DNA of 64,000 nucleotides from Anaerolineae bacterium (lineage in GTDB: Bacteria > Chloroflexota > Anaerolineae > 4572-78 > NAK82): contig DAOTVI010000043.1 in assembly GCA_034436775.1 (NCBI GenBank), positions 2,327 to 66,326 of the forward strand, given 5' to 3'. A program made the translations under genes and the position numbers. This document shows positions 1 to 9,608 of this stretch, in pieces. Under the pieces are notes generated by a model, which was given only the letters and a program-made list of their open reading frames with translations, did not search any database and was not told the origin of the DNA. Each line of letters opens with the position of its first letter. The first letter of the stretch is position 1.

Positions 1-1048
1 ATGGTCATCACCTCGGCGACGGGGCGGTCGAGCGGCACCAGCGTGGGCTGGCGGTAAAGGCAGACGCGCGCGACCGAAATGGGCGCCTCCAAGAACCACA
101 GATGGTACGGACGGAAGAAGGTGAAATACTTCCCCTTGCCCACCTTGAGATATTGCAGGTCGTCGCGGATGCGCTCGTCGTGGACGCGCACGGTGACGAA
201 GACGCCGCCCGTCATCGCGCTGCCCTGTACGAAGTCCACCACGCCCGGAAAGGGGGTGATCCCCCCATCCTCCTGGAGCGCGAAAATCTGCGATACCGTT
301 TCCAGGTTCGCCTCCGGCCCCACCATTCCGCGCCGCATGGGCACGCAGCCGGTGGCATTGGCGGCGCAGGTCATTTCGAACATGGTTTTGGTGCCATCCA
401 CATACGAAGCGACCTGGAAGGGGTCTTTGCCGGCGCGACGCGCCGACTCGGCCACCGTGTCCGGCGTGGCGGTGGGATCCAGCGGGTTGTTCTTGCCCTT
501 GCCGATCACGATGACCTCGTAGCCCAATGTGGTGACGAAGTCCACCAGTTCCATCAGGCAACCCGGTTCATCGCCCGAGGAGACGGTATAGAGCACCCCC
601 GCCTCGCGCGCCATCTTGTGCAAAATGCGCCCCACCGTCACGTCCGCCTCGATGTTGACCATGACGACGTCCTTGCCGTGTTGAATGCCGGCATATGCCG
701 TCTCCGCTCCGATGGCGGGCGACGGGGTGGCGTCGGCGACGATGTCCACGTCTTCCAGCTGAGCGGCCAATGCATAGGATGCGGTCACCACACGACGGCC
801 GGCGCGCAACGCATCCATCGCGTGGCCGGGTTTGTCCGCCTCTACGATCTGATCCGGCGGCACCCCGATGTTGAGAAAAGCTTGGCGCGCTGCGGACACA
901 TCGGTATCGGCCAGCACGTTCACCGTCATGCCCGCCACATGGGCGATGGCGGTCACGAATCCGCTGCCCAGCCAGCCGGCGCCGCTGACGCCGACACGGA
1001 TGGGGTGGCCATGGGTGCGCTGGTATTCTAACAGATCCTGGTGTATCA
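1..1048 (-). CDS. NAD(P)-binding oxidoreductase, homoserine-dehydrogenase-like/SAF-domain family (COG4091-like); C-terminus runs off the window
   Basis: Absent from the ORF track because it is open at the window edge. My reverse-strand translation from the ATG at 1048-1046 gives MIHQDLLEYQRTHGHPIRVGVSGAGWLGSGFVTAIAHVAGMTVNVLADTDVSAARQAF. It starts with a Rossmann GxSGAGWxG motif. GGAG RBS at 1060-1057, 8 nt upstream. The + ORFs 79-522 and 102-1031 are its shadows. Confidence 0.6.
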
Positions 1049-1108
1049 TAGTATACGCTCCTTTCAAGGAGAGATGCGGTTTTCAATTTGTTGCCGGACG
1101 TGACCAAC

Positions 1109-1492
1109 ATGCCAGGTGAGGTAACTGCGATTACCCCTGAACAGATGGAAGCCTATCGTCGCACGGCGCGCCGTCGTCAGGCACGCGCTATGCGTGAGGC
1201 GGCTGCGCGTCGTGAGCGCGCACTGTCGATAGCACGCGCAGCAGCCCAACTGCTCAAAGAGCAATATGCCGCCACGCGTGTTGTGCTTTATGGCTCCGTG
1301 CTCGACCCCAGGCGGTTTGGTCAACATTCCGACATTGACCTGGCGGCCGAGGGGATCCCTGCTGCCGACTTCTGGCGCGCGTGGGGCGCGGTTGAGCAGC
1401 TGGCGCCCGAGTTCGAGATCAATCTGATCCCATTGGAGACCGCTTCCCCCAGCCTGCTGGATCACATCAACACACAAGGCATGGAACTGTGA
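1109..1492 (+). CDS. Minimal nucleotidyltransferase (MNT/MntA-like antitoxin candidate)
   Basis: Track ORF 1088-1492. Carries the motif LYGSVLDPRRFGQHSDIDLAAEG, which fits the GS-x(n)-SDxD pol-beta NTase signature. ATG at 1109; TTG at 1088 is an alternative start. Confidence 0.7.
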   Translation: MPGEVTAITPEQMEAYRRTARRRQARAMREAAARRERALSIARAAAQLLKEQYAATRVVLYGSVLDPRRFGQHSDIDLAAEGIPAADFWRAWGAVEQLAPEFEINLIPLETASPSLLDHINTQGMEL

Positions 1493-1983
1493 TCGCCCGT
1501 TATCAGTCCCTTGCCGAGCGGTTGCGTGCCGAGTTGCAAGCCCTAGAAATCACACTTGCCGCAATCCAAAGACACTGGCAGCGTTTCCAAACGTCCACCG
1601 ACGACCAGGATGCCTATCTGAACTCTGTCGCTCTCAATCTGCATAGCTTCTACTCAGCCCTGGAACGCATGTTTCAACTCGTCGCGGTTGAGATAGATGG
1701 TGGAACGCTGGGCGGTGAGCATTGGCACAGCGAGCTGCTGAACCAGATGTCTTTGAGTGTGTCCAATGTTCGACCGGCCGTCATCACCTCCGCTACTGCC
1801 AGACAACTCGACGAATATCGCCGCTTTCGTCACCTCGTTCGCAATGTTTATGCCACAAACCTCGACCCTGGGCGCATTGAGGCACTGGTGAAGAATCTGC
1901 CCGGTCTGTGGGAGCGAATACGCGACGAAGTCGCCCGCTTCATCCAGTTCCTGGAAACACTCGCGGAATCGGACGAGGTCTGA
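1489..1983 (+). CDS. HEPN-like four-helix partner of the MNT (HepT-like toxin candidate)
   Basis: Its GTG start overlaps the MNT stop (GTGA at 1489-1492). All-helical sequence with a YRRFRHLVRNVY motif in the C-terminal third. The pairing with an MNT is typical of type VII TA systems. The motif is not the canonical Rx4-6H. Confidence 0.55.
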   Translation: MIARYQSLAERLRAELQALEITLAAIQRHWQRFQTSTDDQDAYLNSVALNLHSFYSALERMFQLVAVEIDGGTLGGEHWHSELLNQMSLSVSNVRPAVITSATARQLDEYRRFRHLVRNVYATNLDPGRIEALVKNLPGLWERIRDEVARFIQFLETLAESDEV

Positions 1984-2001
1984 GATCCCGAAGGGGTTCT
2001 C

Positions 2002-2970
2002 TCATCGCTTTGCCGCTATCGCCTCGCGCGCGGCAGCGGCAATGTGCTCGGCAGTGAGGCCATATTTCTCCAGCAAATCCTCGGGGTCGCCCGATTCGGT
2101 ATAGGTGTCCGCCAGCCCGACAAAGCGCATCGGCACCGGATGGGTGGAAGCCACGATGCGCGCGATGTTGCTGCCCATGCCGCCGGTCAGGAGATGTTCT
2201 TCGGCGGTCACAATGGCTCCTGTCTCACGCGCAGCGGCGACGATCGTCTCCTTGTCCATCGGGCGCAAGGTGTGCATATCCACCACCCGTGCCTGGATAC
2301 CCTCTTCAGCCAAGATAACAGCAGCGTCCAGTGCCATCGCCACCATAATGCCGCAACCGATGATGGTCACATCGTTCCCCTGGCGCACCACATTGGCCTT
2401 GCCGATGGTGAACGGGCAGTTGTCCTCGGGATAGATGTGGGGCATGGCGACACGGCTGGAGCGCAACCACACCGGCCCGACGTGATCCACCGCCGCCTGC
2501 ACCGCCTTGTGCATCGAGGCCGGGTCGCTGGGCACAAGCATCACAAATGTGGGCATACCACCCACCAGCGCCAGGTCCTCAATCCCCATCTGGGTGGGGC
2601 CATCCTTGCCCAATGTGATGCCTCCGTGGCTGCCCAAGACCTTGGCATTGATGTTCGACAGGGCAACCGCCAATCGCAGCTGGTCATAGGCATTGCACAA
2701 GAGGAAGGAGGAGAAACTGGTGATAAAGGGGATGAACCCGCAGGCGGCCAGGCCGGCGCCCACACACACCAGGTTGCTCTCGGCAATGCCCAGGTTGAAA
2801 AAGCGTTCGGGAAACGCATGGCGCACCGTCTCGGCCTTGGTGGAGTTGCCCAGGTCACCGTCCAACACCACCACCCGCGGATTGCGGCGACACACCTCTA
2901 GCAATGCATCTCCAAAAACATCCCGCATCGGCTTGGCGGGTTTGAGTCCTGCTCGCTCTCCTAATCTCAT
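2002..2970 (-). CDS. Transketolase, C-terminal (pyrimidine-binding) subunit
   Basis: 322 aa. Contains MRDVFGDALLEV...VVLDGDLGNSTK...FFNLGIAESNLV, typical of a split transketolase B subunit. ATGA overlap with the upstream subunit. Confidence 0.9.
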   Translation of the reverse strand: MRLGERAGLKPAKPMRDVFGDALLEVCRRNPRVVVLDGDLGNSTKAETVRHAFPERFFNLGIAESNLVCVGAGLAACGFIPFITSFSSFLLCNAYDQLRLAVALSNINAKVLGSHGGITLGKDGPTQMGIEDLALVGGMPTFVMLVPSDPASMHKAVQAAVDHVGPVWLRSSRVAMPHIYPEDNCPFTIGKANVVRQGNDVTIIGCGIMVAMALDAAVILAEEGIQARVVDMHTLRPMDKETIVAAARETGAIVTAEEHLLTGGMGSNIARIVASTHPVPMRFVGLADTYTESGDPEDLLEKYGLTAEHIAAAAREAIAAKR

Positions 2971-3803
2971 CGCAACAACTCCTCACGCGCGCGGGCCGCT
3001 TGCTCCGGGGTGAGCGCGCGGCCGTGGAATGTGTAGTCCGCTTCAACAAAAGAGACACCCTTACCCTTGACCGTGTGGGCGATGATCACCGAAGGTTGTC
3101 CCCGCACCTGTTGCACCGCCTGGAGCACCTCGATCAATGCCGCGATATCGTGTCCGTCCACTTCCTCGACGTGCCAGCCGAAACCCCGCCATTTCTCCAC
3201 AAAGGGTTCCAATGCCATTTCACGGCTGATGGGGCCGGTCTCCTGGTATTTGTTATAGTCCACGATGGCGTGCAAATTGTCCGCCTTGAAGTGGGCGGCA
3301 GCCATAGCCGACTCCCAAATCTGGCCTGCCTGACACTCACCATCCCCCAACAACACATATACGCGATAGTTGAGGCGATTGAGGCGGCCGCCCAACACGT
3401 GCCCCAGCCCGAGCGAGAGGCCCTGGCCCAGCGAACCGGTCGTCGCTTCGACGCCGGGCAACAGGCCCTGGATCGGGTGTCCTTGAACCGGACTGTTAAC
3501 TTGACGCAGCGTCCATAATAGGTCGCGGCTGAAGTAACCGGCAGCCGCCAGCACGGCGTATAGCGCCGGAGCGGCGTGGCCCTTGCTCATGATGAACCGG
3601 TCGCGCTCCGGCCACCAGGGGTCATCCGCGCGGTAACGCAGGATGCCACCGAAGTAAAGTGCGGTCAGAATCTCCACACAAGACCAACTGCTGGATGGAT
3701 GGCCGGAAGCCGCTTTGGTGGTCATATCCAGAATGTCCAGCCGAAGGCTGCGCGCCAGTTCTTTGAGAGCACCGATGTCCACCGATTGAGATGTCACCGT
3801 CAT
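2967..3803 (-). CDS. Transketolase, N-terminal (TPP-binding) subunit
   Basis: The track ORF 2967-4076 is over-extended into the upstream kinase gene. The real start is the ATG at 3803 (MTVTSQSVDIGALKELARSLRLDILDMTTKAASGHPSSS). Also contains GDGECQAG and MSKGHAAPALY. Confidence 0.9.
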   Translation of the reverse strand: MTVTSQSVDIGALKELARSLRLDILDMTTKAASGHPSSSWSCVEILTALYFGGILRYRADDPWWPERDRFIMSKGHAAPALYAVLAAAGYFSRDLLWTLRQVNSPVQGHPIQGLLPGVEATTGSLGQGLSLGLGHVLGGRLNRLNYRVYVLLGDGECQAGQIWESAMAAAHFKADNLHAIVDYNKYQETGPISREMALEPFVEKWRGFGWHVEEVDGHDIAALIEVLQAVQQVRGQPSVIIAHTVKGKGVSFVEADYTFHGRALTPEQAARAREELLR

Positions 3804-3874
3804 ATTCAAATGCCTTGCTCCTTTTTCATCGCGAATCAATGCAATGTCCTCTTCTGTGCTTGCAACGCAACCGA

Positions 3875-4834
3875 TCAAGCCACTTGGCTGAGAAACTCTT
3901 CCACCTGTGCCGCGCTGGGCAAAGCAGGGATGACGCCCACCTTCGTGGCGGTCAAGGCACCGACCGCATTGGCGTAACGCAGGATGGAGCGCAAACGCTC
4001 TGAAGTGAGTTGAGCGCGCCAGTCTCCGCCGGCGATGAGCTGCCACAGCAGGCCGGCGATGAAGGCATCGCCACACCCGGTTGCATCCACCGCCTCCACC
4101 TGGAAGGGAGGCACATGCTCCCCACCTTCCGAGGTTGCAAAATAGCTGCCCAGCGGTCCCAGCGTGACCACGACCAGGCGCGGGCCCAGTTCGAGCAAGC
4201 GCCGACTGGCAGCGCTCTCCTGACTGCCCGTCAAAAGCTCCAGTTCGATCTCGTTCACCTTCACCAGATCAACGTGTGGGATCATAGAGCGAACTTGATC
4301 CAGCGCCTGCTGAGGACTCTCCCAAAGGGAAGGGCGGTAGTTGACGTCGAATGAGATCAGCGCACCGCCCTGGCGCGCCAGCTTGAGTGCCTCCCAGGTG
4401 GCGCTGCGAATGGGTTCCGCGCCCAAGCTGAGCGAGCCGAAGTGAAGCACCCGCGTCCCTTGCAGCAGCTCGCGATCCAGCTCATCAGGGCGCAGGCGCG
4501 TGTCGGCACCGGGATTGCGATAGAAGACGAATTCCTGCGTGTTGGCATCCGGCTTGGCGATAAAAGCCAACGTGGTACGCGCTTCGCGGTCGAAGCGAAT
4601 ACCACGCGTGTCCACCCCGTTGGCGCGCATCACATCAACCAGGTGGTGACCGAATGCATCATCACCCACCTTGCCGATAAAGGCGCTGCGCGCTCCCAGA
4701 CGTGCCGCTGCCACCGCTGCGTTCGCCGGCGCGCCCCCTGGCTTGGGCAGAAACGCCGAGACTTCCGCCAGTCGGCGACCATACTCCGCCGGGAACATGT
4801 CCACAAGCAATTCACCCAGGCATACAATATCCAT
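3875..4834 (-). CDS. PfkB-family sugar kinase (fructokinase/ketohexokinase-like)
   Basis: MDIVCLGELLVDMF start, with AAGGAG 9 nt upstream of the ATG at 4834. DATGCGDAF motif near the C-terminus. Confidence 0.85.
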   Translation of the reverse strand: MDIVCLGELLVDMFPAEYGRRLAEVSAFLPKPGGAPANAAVAAARLGARSAFIGKVGDDAFGHHLVDVMRANGVDTRGIRFDREARTTLAFIAKPDANTQEFVFYRNPGADTRLRPDELDRELLQGTRVLHFGSLSLGAEPIRSATWEALKLARQGGALISFDVNYRPSLWESPQQALDQVRSMIPHVDLVKVNEIELELLTGSQESAASRRLLELGPRLVVVTLGPLGSYFATSEGGEHVPPFQVEAVDATGCGDAFIAGLLWQLIAGGDWRAQLTSERLRSILRYANAVGALTATKVGVIPALPSAAQVEEFLSQVA

Positions 4835-4917
4835 TGCGAAGTTCTCCTTGCCCACACAATAGTCTAACCGAGCCCGTCTTCGCCCATCTCTCTGAATTGC
4901 AGGTGGCAGATGACGGA

Positions 4918-5685
4918 TTAACCCTGCAGTTCGGCATAGAGCACATAGCGATCACCGCGATGATAGTAGCGCAGATACTCCACCGGCACCTCGCCTTGCG
5001 AGTAAGAGACGCGTTCCACATACAGGAGAGGAGCACGCGCCGGCACCTTTAACAGTGGCGCAATGGCACGTGGTGCTGCAATGGCGCGGATGGTTTGGCG
5101 GGCGCGTATCAGACGGATGCCATACTCGCGTTCCAAGGTATCGCGCAAGGGCTGTGTGGCATAGTCATGGCGCAGCACACCCGGGCAATAACGATGCACC
5201 AGATAAGACTCCTCGATACTCATGGGCTCTTCGTCGGCCAGGCGCAGCCGCTTGAGCAGTGCCAGCTCTTCCCCGGGGGATATCCGCAGGTATGGGGCGA
5301 TCTCGGCCGGTGCACTGATGAGCTCTGCCGAGAGCACCTGGGTGCCCGGTCGTAGACCGCGCCGTCGCATATCCTCTGTGAAGCTGATGATGCGTGTCAA
5401 CCCTTGCTCCACAGTGGGATGTGCCACGAAGGAACCGCGACCACGCTGCCGGACGAGCAGCCCCTCCTTGACCAGCAGGTCCAGCACCTGGCGCACGGTG
5501 GTACGACTCACATGATATTGTTTGACCAACTCCGATTCAGGCGGGATCATTTCACCGGGTTGCCAGGCACCGCTGAGGATATGCTCGCGCAGGATCTCAT
5601 AGATCTGATGATACAACGGCAGCTTGCTATTGCGGTCGATGAGCCACCCCGAAAGGCTGGCAGGAGCAGCAGGCATGTCCATCAT
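4918..5685 (-). CDS. GntR/HutC-family transcriptional regulator (wHTH + UTRA)
   Basis: PLYHQIYEILREHILSGAWQPGEMIPPESELVKQYHVSRTTVRQVLDLLVKEGLLVRQRGRGSFV. First gene of the kinase/transketolase string. Confidence 0.85.
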   Translation of the reverse strand: MMDMPAAPASLSGWLIDRNSKLPLYHQIYEILREHILSGAWQPGEMIPPESELVKQYHVSRTTVRQVLDLLVKEGLLVRQRGRGSFVAHPTVEQGLTRIISFTEDMRRRGLRPGTQVLSAELISAPAEIAPYLRISPGEELALLKRLRLADEEPMSIEESYLVHRYCPGVLRHDYATQPLRDTLEREYGIRLIRARQTIRAIAAPRAIAPLLKVPARAPLLYVERVSYSQGEVPVEYLRYYHRGDRYVLYAELQG

Positions 5686-5910
5686 CCCGATTGATCAAAT
5701 GTAACAACATTATAACATATATGCACGCGAATGTCAAGTTCGCGAGCACCTGGGCTCGAAAATTTTCGCCCGGTGGTGAAAGGGAGTACGCCAAAAGGCG
5801 ATGCTCCTTGGTGAGAGCTTTTATGGTAAACCCGCTGAGGAAGTCTAGGTCGAAATCGGGTTATGCCCGAAGCGCACCGATGCGCATCTGGGCTACCGGC
5901 TGCTTCCCAG

Positions 5911-5991
5911 TTAACCTTCTGTTAACATGCTGTTAACGAATCATTAACATTTGATTGAAGGGCTGTTAAACGCGCTGCGATAGGATAGTAT
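5911..5991 (+). promoter_or_regulatory. Pho-box-like array: six direct repeats in exact 11-bp phase, followed by a putative -10
   Basis: TTAACC at 5911, TTAACA at 5922, TTAACG at 5933, TTAACA at 5944, TTGAAG at 5955 and TTAAAC at 5966. Four of the six are preceded by tg. TAGGAT/TAGTAT at 5981-5991. Lies about 70 nt upstream of pstS. Confidence 0.55.
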
Positions 5992-6062
5992 TTGGACTGC
6001 TGTACGTACGGCGGTTACTACGTCGGTAACATTAAAAAATGCAAGAGGAGAGAACAGTTACT

Positions 6063-7274
6063 ATGAAAGGCAAAGTGATGTTTTTCGCGCTCGTGTTTGT
6101 CACCATTCTGGCGCTGTTGCCGACCGCGGGCATCGCTGCTCCTCCACCCCAAGCAGAGGGTACGCGTTATACCGTGCAGGCAGGTGATACCCTCTCGATG
6201 ATCGCCCAGAAGCAGTACGGAGACAGAATGTTGTATCCGGCGATCATTTACTACAACAACCGGATGGCGCGCCTGGACAAGGCGATCAATCTCATCAGCG
6301 ACGCAGGCGTTCTGGAGCCGGGTTGGGTGATCTATCTCCCCACGGCTGAGAAAGCCAAGCGATATGCCGAACTGATGGCCAAGGGTGTTACGTTGCCTGA
6401 GGTGGATCCGCTGACCGTCACCGGTGACATCATCTCTGCAGGTAGCTCGACGGTCTTCCCGCTTTCGGAGCGCATGGCGGTGCGCTTCAAAGACGAGGGT
6501 TATCAGGGCAACATTACGATCGATAGCATCGGCACCGGCGCTGGTTTCGAGCGCTTTTGCAAGTCGGGTGAGACCGACATCTCGAACGCCAGCCGCCCCA
6601 TCAAGCACAGCGAGGTAGAGAGCTGCCTTGCGATCGGGCGTGAGCCGGTCGAGTTCCGCATCGGCACCGATGGACTGGCCGTGACGGTGAGCAAGGACAA
6701 CACCTTCTTGAAGGATATGACCATCGAGCAGCTGGCCAAGATCTTCTCGGATGAGGTCACGAAGTGGTCGGAGGTTGATCCGAGCTGGCCCAACGAGGAG
6801 ATCAAGCGCTTCAGCCCCGGCACCGACAGCGGCACGTTCGACTTCTTCGTGGAGTTCGTGATGGATGCCGTATACGGCAAAGGTGCTGGCAAGGAACACA
6901 TCCTGAAAGCGGCCAACTTGCAACTCAGCGAGGATGACAACGTGTTGGTCCAGGGCGTTGAGGGCAGCCCGTATGCCATCGGCTATTTCGGCTATGCCTA
7001 CTACCAAGAGAACACCGACAAGTTGAACGTCCTGTCCATCAACGGTGTCGCACCGAATGATGAGACGGTAGAGACAGGTAAGTATCCGTTGGCACGCCCG
7101 CTCTTCCTGTACTCGACCGCCAAGATCATGGCCGAGAAGCCTCAGGTGGCTGCTTTCATCAACTTCTACCTGACCTACGTCAACGAAGAGGTCAAGAGCG
7201 TCGGCTACTTCCCGCTGGAAGCGGAGACACTGAACCAGGCTAAGATCGCATGGCTCGATGCGATGGGTCAATGA
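6063..7274 (+). CDS. pstS: Phosphate ABC transporter substrate-binding protein with N-terminal signal peptide and LysM domain
   Basis: AGAGGAGAG RBS then ATG at 6063. Signal peptide MKGKVMFFALVFVTILALLPTAGIAA. LysM-like segment YTVQAGDTLSMIAQKQYGD...GWVIYLP. PBP-like body with GSSTVFPL, GTGAGF, SNASRP and GTDSGTFDFF. Confidence 0.9.
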   Translation: MKGKVMFFALVFVTILALLPTAGIAAPPPQAEGTRYTVQAGDTLSMIAQKQYGDRMLYPAIIYYNNRMARLDKAINLISDAGVLEPGWVIYLPTAEKAKRYAELMAKGVTLPEVDPLTVTGDIISAGSSTVFPLSERMAVRFKDEGYQGNITIDSIGTGAGFERFCKSGETDISNASRPIKHSEVESCLAIGREPVEFRIGTDGLAVTVSKDNTFLKDMTIEQLAKIFSDEVTKWSEVDPSWPNEEIKRFSPGTDSGTFDFFVEFVMDAVYGKGAGKEHILKAANLQLSEDDNVLVQGVEGSPYAIGYFGYAYYQENTDKLNVLSINGVAPNDETVETGKYPLARPLFLYSTAKIMAEKPQVAAFINFYLTYVNEEVKSVGYFPLEAETLNQAKIAWLDAMGQ

Positions 7275-7298
7275 GAGACATTGAGTAAAAAGAACCGA

Positions 7299-7325
7299 GG
7301 GGAGGGGCTTGGCCAACCCCTCCCC
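7299..7325 (+). terminator. GC-rich intercistronic stem-loop after pstS (attenuator or mRNA stabiliser candidate)
   Basis: GGGGAGGGG (7299-7307) pairs with CCCCTCCCC (7317-7325) around a 9-nt loop. There is no clear U-tract, so it is probably not a full terminator. Confidence 0.4.
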
Positions 7326-7374
7326 CTATCTGTGAAGAAAATCTAATCTGTCGAACAGAGAGGGGGGATTTCCG

Positions 7375-8328
7375 TTGGCGACAGCACTTTCTGCCAAGTC
7401 TCTAGCACGCCGCGCCACAACCGCGCCGCCCGAACTGCGCAAAAAACCTCGCCCCTTGGAAGTGCTCATTCAGGCATTCTTCTTTGCTTGTGGCGCGGTA
7501 TCCATCTTGACCACGATCGGCATTGTCTACGTTTTGGGCAGCGAGGCGTGGTTGTTCTTCAGGTCTCCAGAGGTCGACCTGGTGGAGTTTTTCACGACCA
7601 CCAGCTGGGTGCCGGCCGTGGGCCAGTTTGGCATCTGGTCCCTGGTCAATGCCACTATGATGACCACCACGTTTGCAATGATAGTTGCCCTGCCGTTGGG
7701 ACTGGCCTCAGCGATCTATCTGAGCGAGTACGCCTCCCCGGGCGTGCGCAATGTGCTCAAGCCCATCTTGGAGATTCTGGCCGGCATTCCCACCGTGGTC
7801 TATGGCTACTTTGCCCTGACCTTTATGACCCCGTTGCTGCGCTCCATTTTTGGCCGAGACGTGGTGGAAATTTATAATACCGCCTCAGCCGGTTTGGTGA
7901 TGGGGATTCTGATTCTCCCGCTGGTGAGCTCGATGAGCGAAGATGCCCTGAGCGCGGTGCCGCGTTCGCTTCGGGAAGCCGCGTACGCACTCGGTGCCAC
8001 CCGGCTGGAAACAGCAGTGCGCATCGTGGTGCCGGCGGCGCTCTCCGGTATCACGGCCGCTTTCATCCTGGCCGTTTCACGCGCTGTTGGCGAGACCATG
8101 ATTGTGGCAATTGCCGCAGGTGCCGGCCCTGCTTTTACCTTCAATCCGTTCAAGGCGGCGGAGACGATGACCGGTCACATCGTGCGCATCAGCGGTGGCG
8201 ATTTGAGCTACGACTCCATTGATTACGACAGCATCTTCGCCATCGGGTTGCTATTATTCTTGATGACTTTGGTGCTCAACTTGATCAGCCGTGCGATTAT
8301 GCACCGCTTCCGAGAGGTGTACGAATGA
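7375..8328 (+). CDS. pstC: Phosphate ABC transporter permease PstC
   Basis: 317 aa, multi-TM. Contains the EAA-loop region [25 protein letters not shown]. Gene order is pstS-C-A-B. Confidence 0.9.
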   Translation: MATALSAKSLARRATTAPPELRKKPRPLEVLIQAFFFACGAVSILTTIGIVYVLGSEAWLFFRSPEVDLVEFFTTTSWVPAVGQFGIWSLVNATMMTTTFAMIVALPLGLASAIYLSEYASPGVRNVLKPILEILAGIPTVVYGYFALTFMTPLLRSIFGRDVVEIYNTASAGLVMGILILPLVSSMSEDALSAVPRSLREAAYALGATRLETAVRIVVPAALSGITAAFILAVSRAVGETMIVAIAAGAGPAFTFNPFKAAETMTGHIVRISGGDLSYDSIDYDSIFAIGLLLFLMTLVLNLISRAIMHRFREVYE

Positions 8329-9608
8329 TAAAGAGATCTTCTCATAGCGCCGGGCTGGAGCCGGCGCCGTTTGGCGAAGATGTCCAGCTGAGGCGCAATC
8401 TGGCAGTACGCCATCGCGTGGGAGCTGTTTGGCATGTCTTGTTTCTTCTTGCCCTGATCATCGGGATCATTGCGCTCACCGCGCTGATCTATAACATTCT
8501 GGACCAGACCTTTGGATTGGTGGCGGTCGAATTCAAAGTGCCACCGCACGAGCTGGCCCAAGATGGTGTACCTCTCGAGGAACTTTCGGACGCACAGCTG
8601 ATTGCCCTCCTGGAAGCCCGGGTGTCCAAGGGAGTGTTGCGGCGTCTGAAAGCAGAACAACCGCTGGAACAGCGTGATCGCGAAGAGCTTCTCAGCCTGG
8701 TCTATGAGCGCGTGGTGCAGCCCAAAATCGTCAAGAGCTGGTCGTTGACCGACTCGCTTCTGCGGAGGCGCAGCGTGGAACTGGAGGTCGCGCAAAAATA
8801 TCCCTCCGCGCAACTGCAGTTTCGCAGCTGGCTCAACCCTAATTTCATCAACCGACCGCAGTCCAGTGATCCACAAGTGGCAGGCGTGCGCACGGCAATC
8901 CTGGGCTCGCTATGGACTATTGTCATCACCATCCTGGTCGCCTTCCCACTAGGTGTGGGTGCGGCGATCTATTTGGAAGAATATGCCGCCGACAACGCGC
9001 TCAACCGGCTGATCCAGACCAACATCAACAATCTGGCCGGTGTGCCCTCGATCATTTACGGGATGTTGGGGTTGGCCATCTTCGTGCGGGCACTTGAACC
9101 GCTGACGAGCGGCGCTCTGGTCGGGGGTGCTGCTGACCCTACGACCGCTAACGGGCGCACCATCCTGTCAGCTGGTCTGACATTAGCCTTGCTCGTTCTT
9201 CCGTTGTTGATCGTAAATGCTCAGGAAGCGATCCGGGCGGTGCCGAGTTCTCTGCGCGAGGCCGGCTATGCATTGGGCGCCACCAAATGGCAGGTCATCC
9301 GCGATCACGTGCTCCCCAACGCGCTGCCGGGAATTCTGACCGGCACCATTTTGTCCATCTCGCGCGCCATGGGCGAGACGGCGCCTTTGATTGTGGTGGG
9401 CGCCTCGACCTATATCGTCTACGATCCCTACAGCCCATTTTCCAAGTTTACCACATTGCCCGTCCAAATCTACCAGTGGACGGCACGTCCGCAGCAGGGG
9501 TTTCGAAATATTGCTGCAGCGGCGATTGTGGTGTTGCTGGTGCTGCTGTTGAGTCTCAACGCCGCAGCGATCATTATGCGCAATCGCTTCAGCAGGAGAT
9601 TGATATGA
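8325..9608 (+). CDS. pstA: Phosphate ABC transporter permease PstA (long form with about 150-aa extracytoplasmic insert after TM1)
   Basis: [28 protein letters not shown] loop. ATGA overlap with pstC at the 5' end and with pstB at the 3' end. Confidence 0.9.
   Translation: MIKRSSHSAGLEPAPFGEDVQLRRNLAVRHRVGAVWHVLFLLALIIGIIALTALIYNILDQTFGLVAVEFKVPPHELAQDGVPLEELSDAQLIALLEARVSKGVLRRLKAEQPLEQRDREELLSLVYERVVQPKIVKSWSLTDSLLRRRSVELEVAQKYPSAQLQFRSWLNPNFINRPQSSDPQVAGVRTAILGSLWTIVITILVAFPLGVGAAIYLEEYAADNALNRLIQTNINNLAGVPSIIYGMLGLAIFVRALEPLTSGALVGGAADPTTANGRTILSAGLTLALLVLPLLIVNAQEAIRAVPSSLREAGYALGATKWQVIRDHVLPNALPGILTGTILSISRAMGETAPLIVVGASTYIVYDPYSPFSKFTTLPVQIYQWTARPQQGFRNIAAAAIVVLLVLLLSLNAAAIIMRNRFSRRLI

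Noticed and set aside
79-1110. Track ORFs 79-522(+), 102-1031(+) and 568-1110(-)
   Set aside because: They are Arg/Gly/His-rich shadow frames of the real minus-strand oxidoreductase gene (1-1048). That gene has a clean Rossmann N-terminus and an RBS. It was missing from the track only because it is open at the window edge.
2967-4076. Over-extended N-termini in the track. This one is the transketolase N subunit. The same applies to 9287-10453, 10499-11227, 14979-15956, 15848-17599, 17415-18524, 35548-36351, 46148-47506, 51512-52594, 54943-56352 and 61076-62119.
   Set aside because: The extensions overlap the upstream gene or lack similarity to the family N-terminus. Internal ATG or GTG codons with RBS-like sequences restore canonical N-termini, and I used those coordinates in the features.
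5691-5936. 81-aa ORF between the GntR gene and pstS
   Set aside because: It lies in an AT-rich promoter region, runs into the Pho-box array, and has no RBS. The composition is not protein-like.
6018-7316. 432-aa ORF antisense to pstS
   Set aside because: It is an exact antisense shadow of a gene with unmistakable PstS and LysM motifs. The composition is low-complexity (Leu/Arg/Asp/His-rich), as expected for GC-rich antisense frames. It has no RBS or start context.
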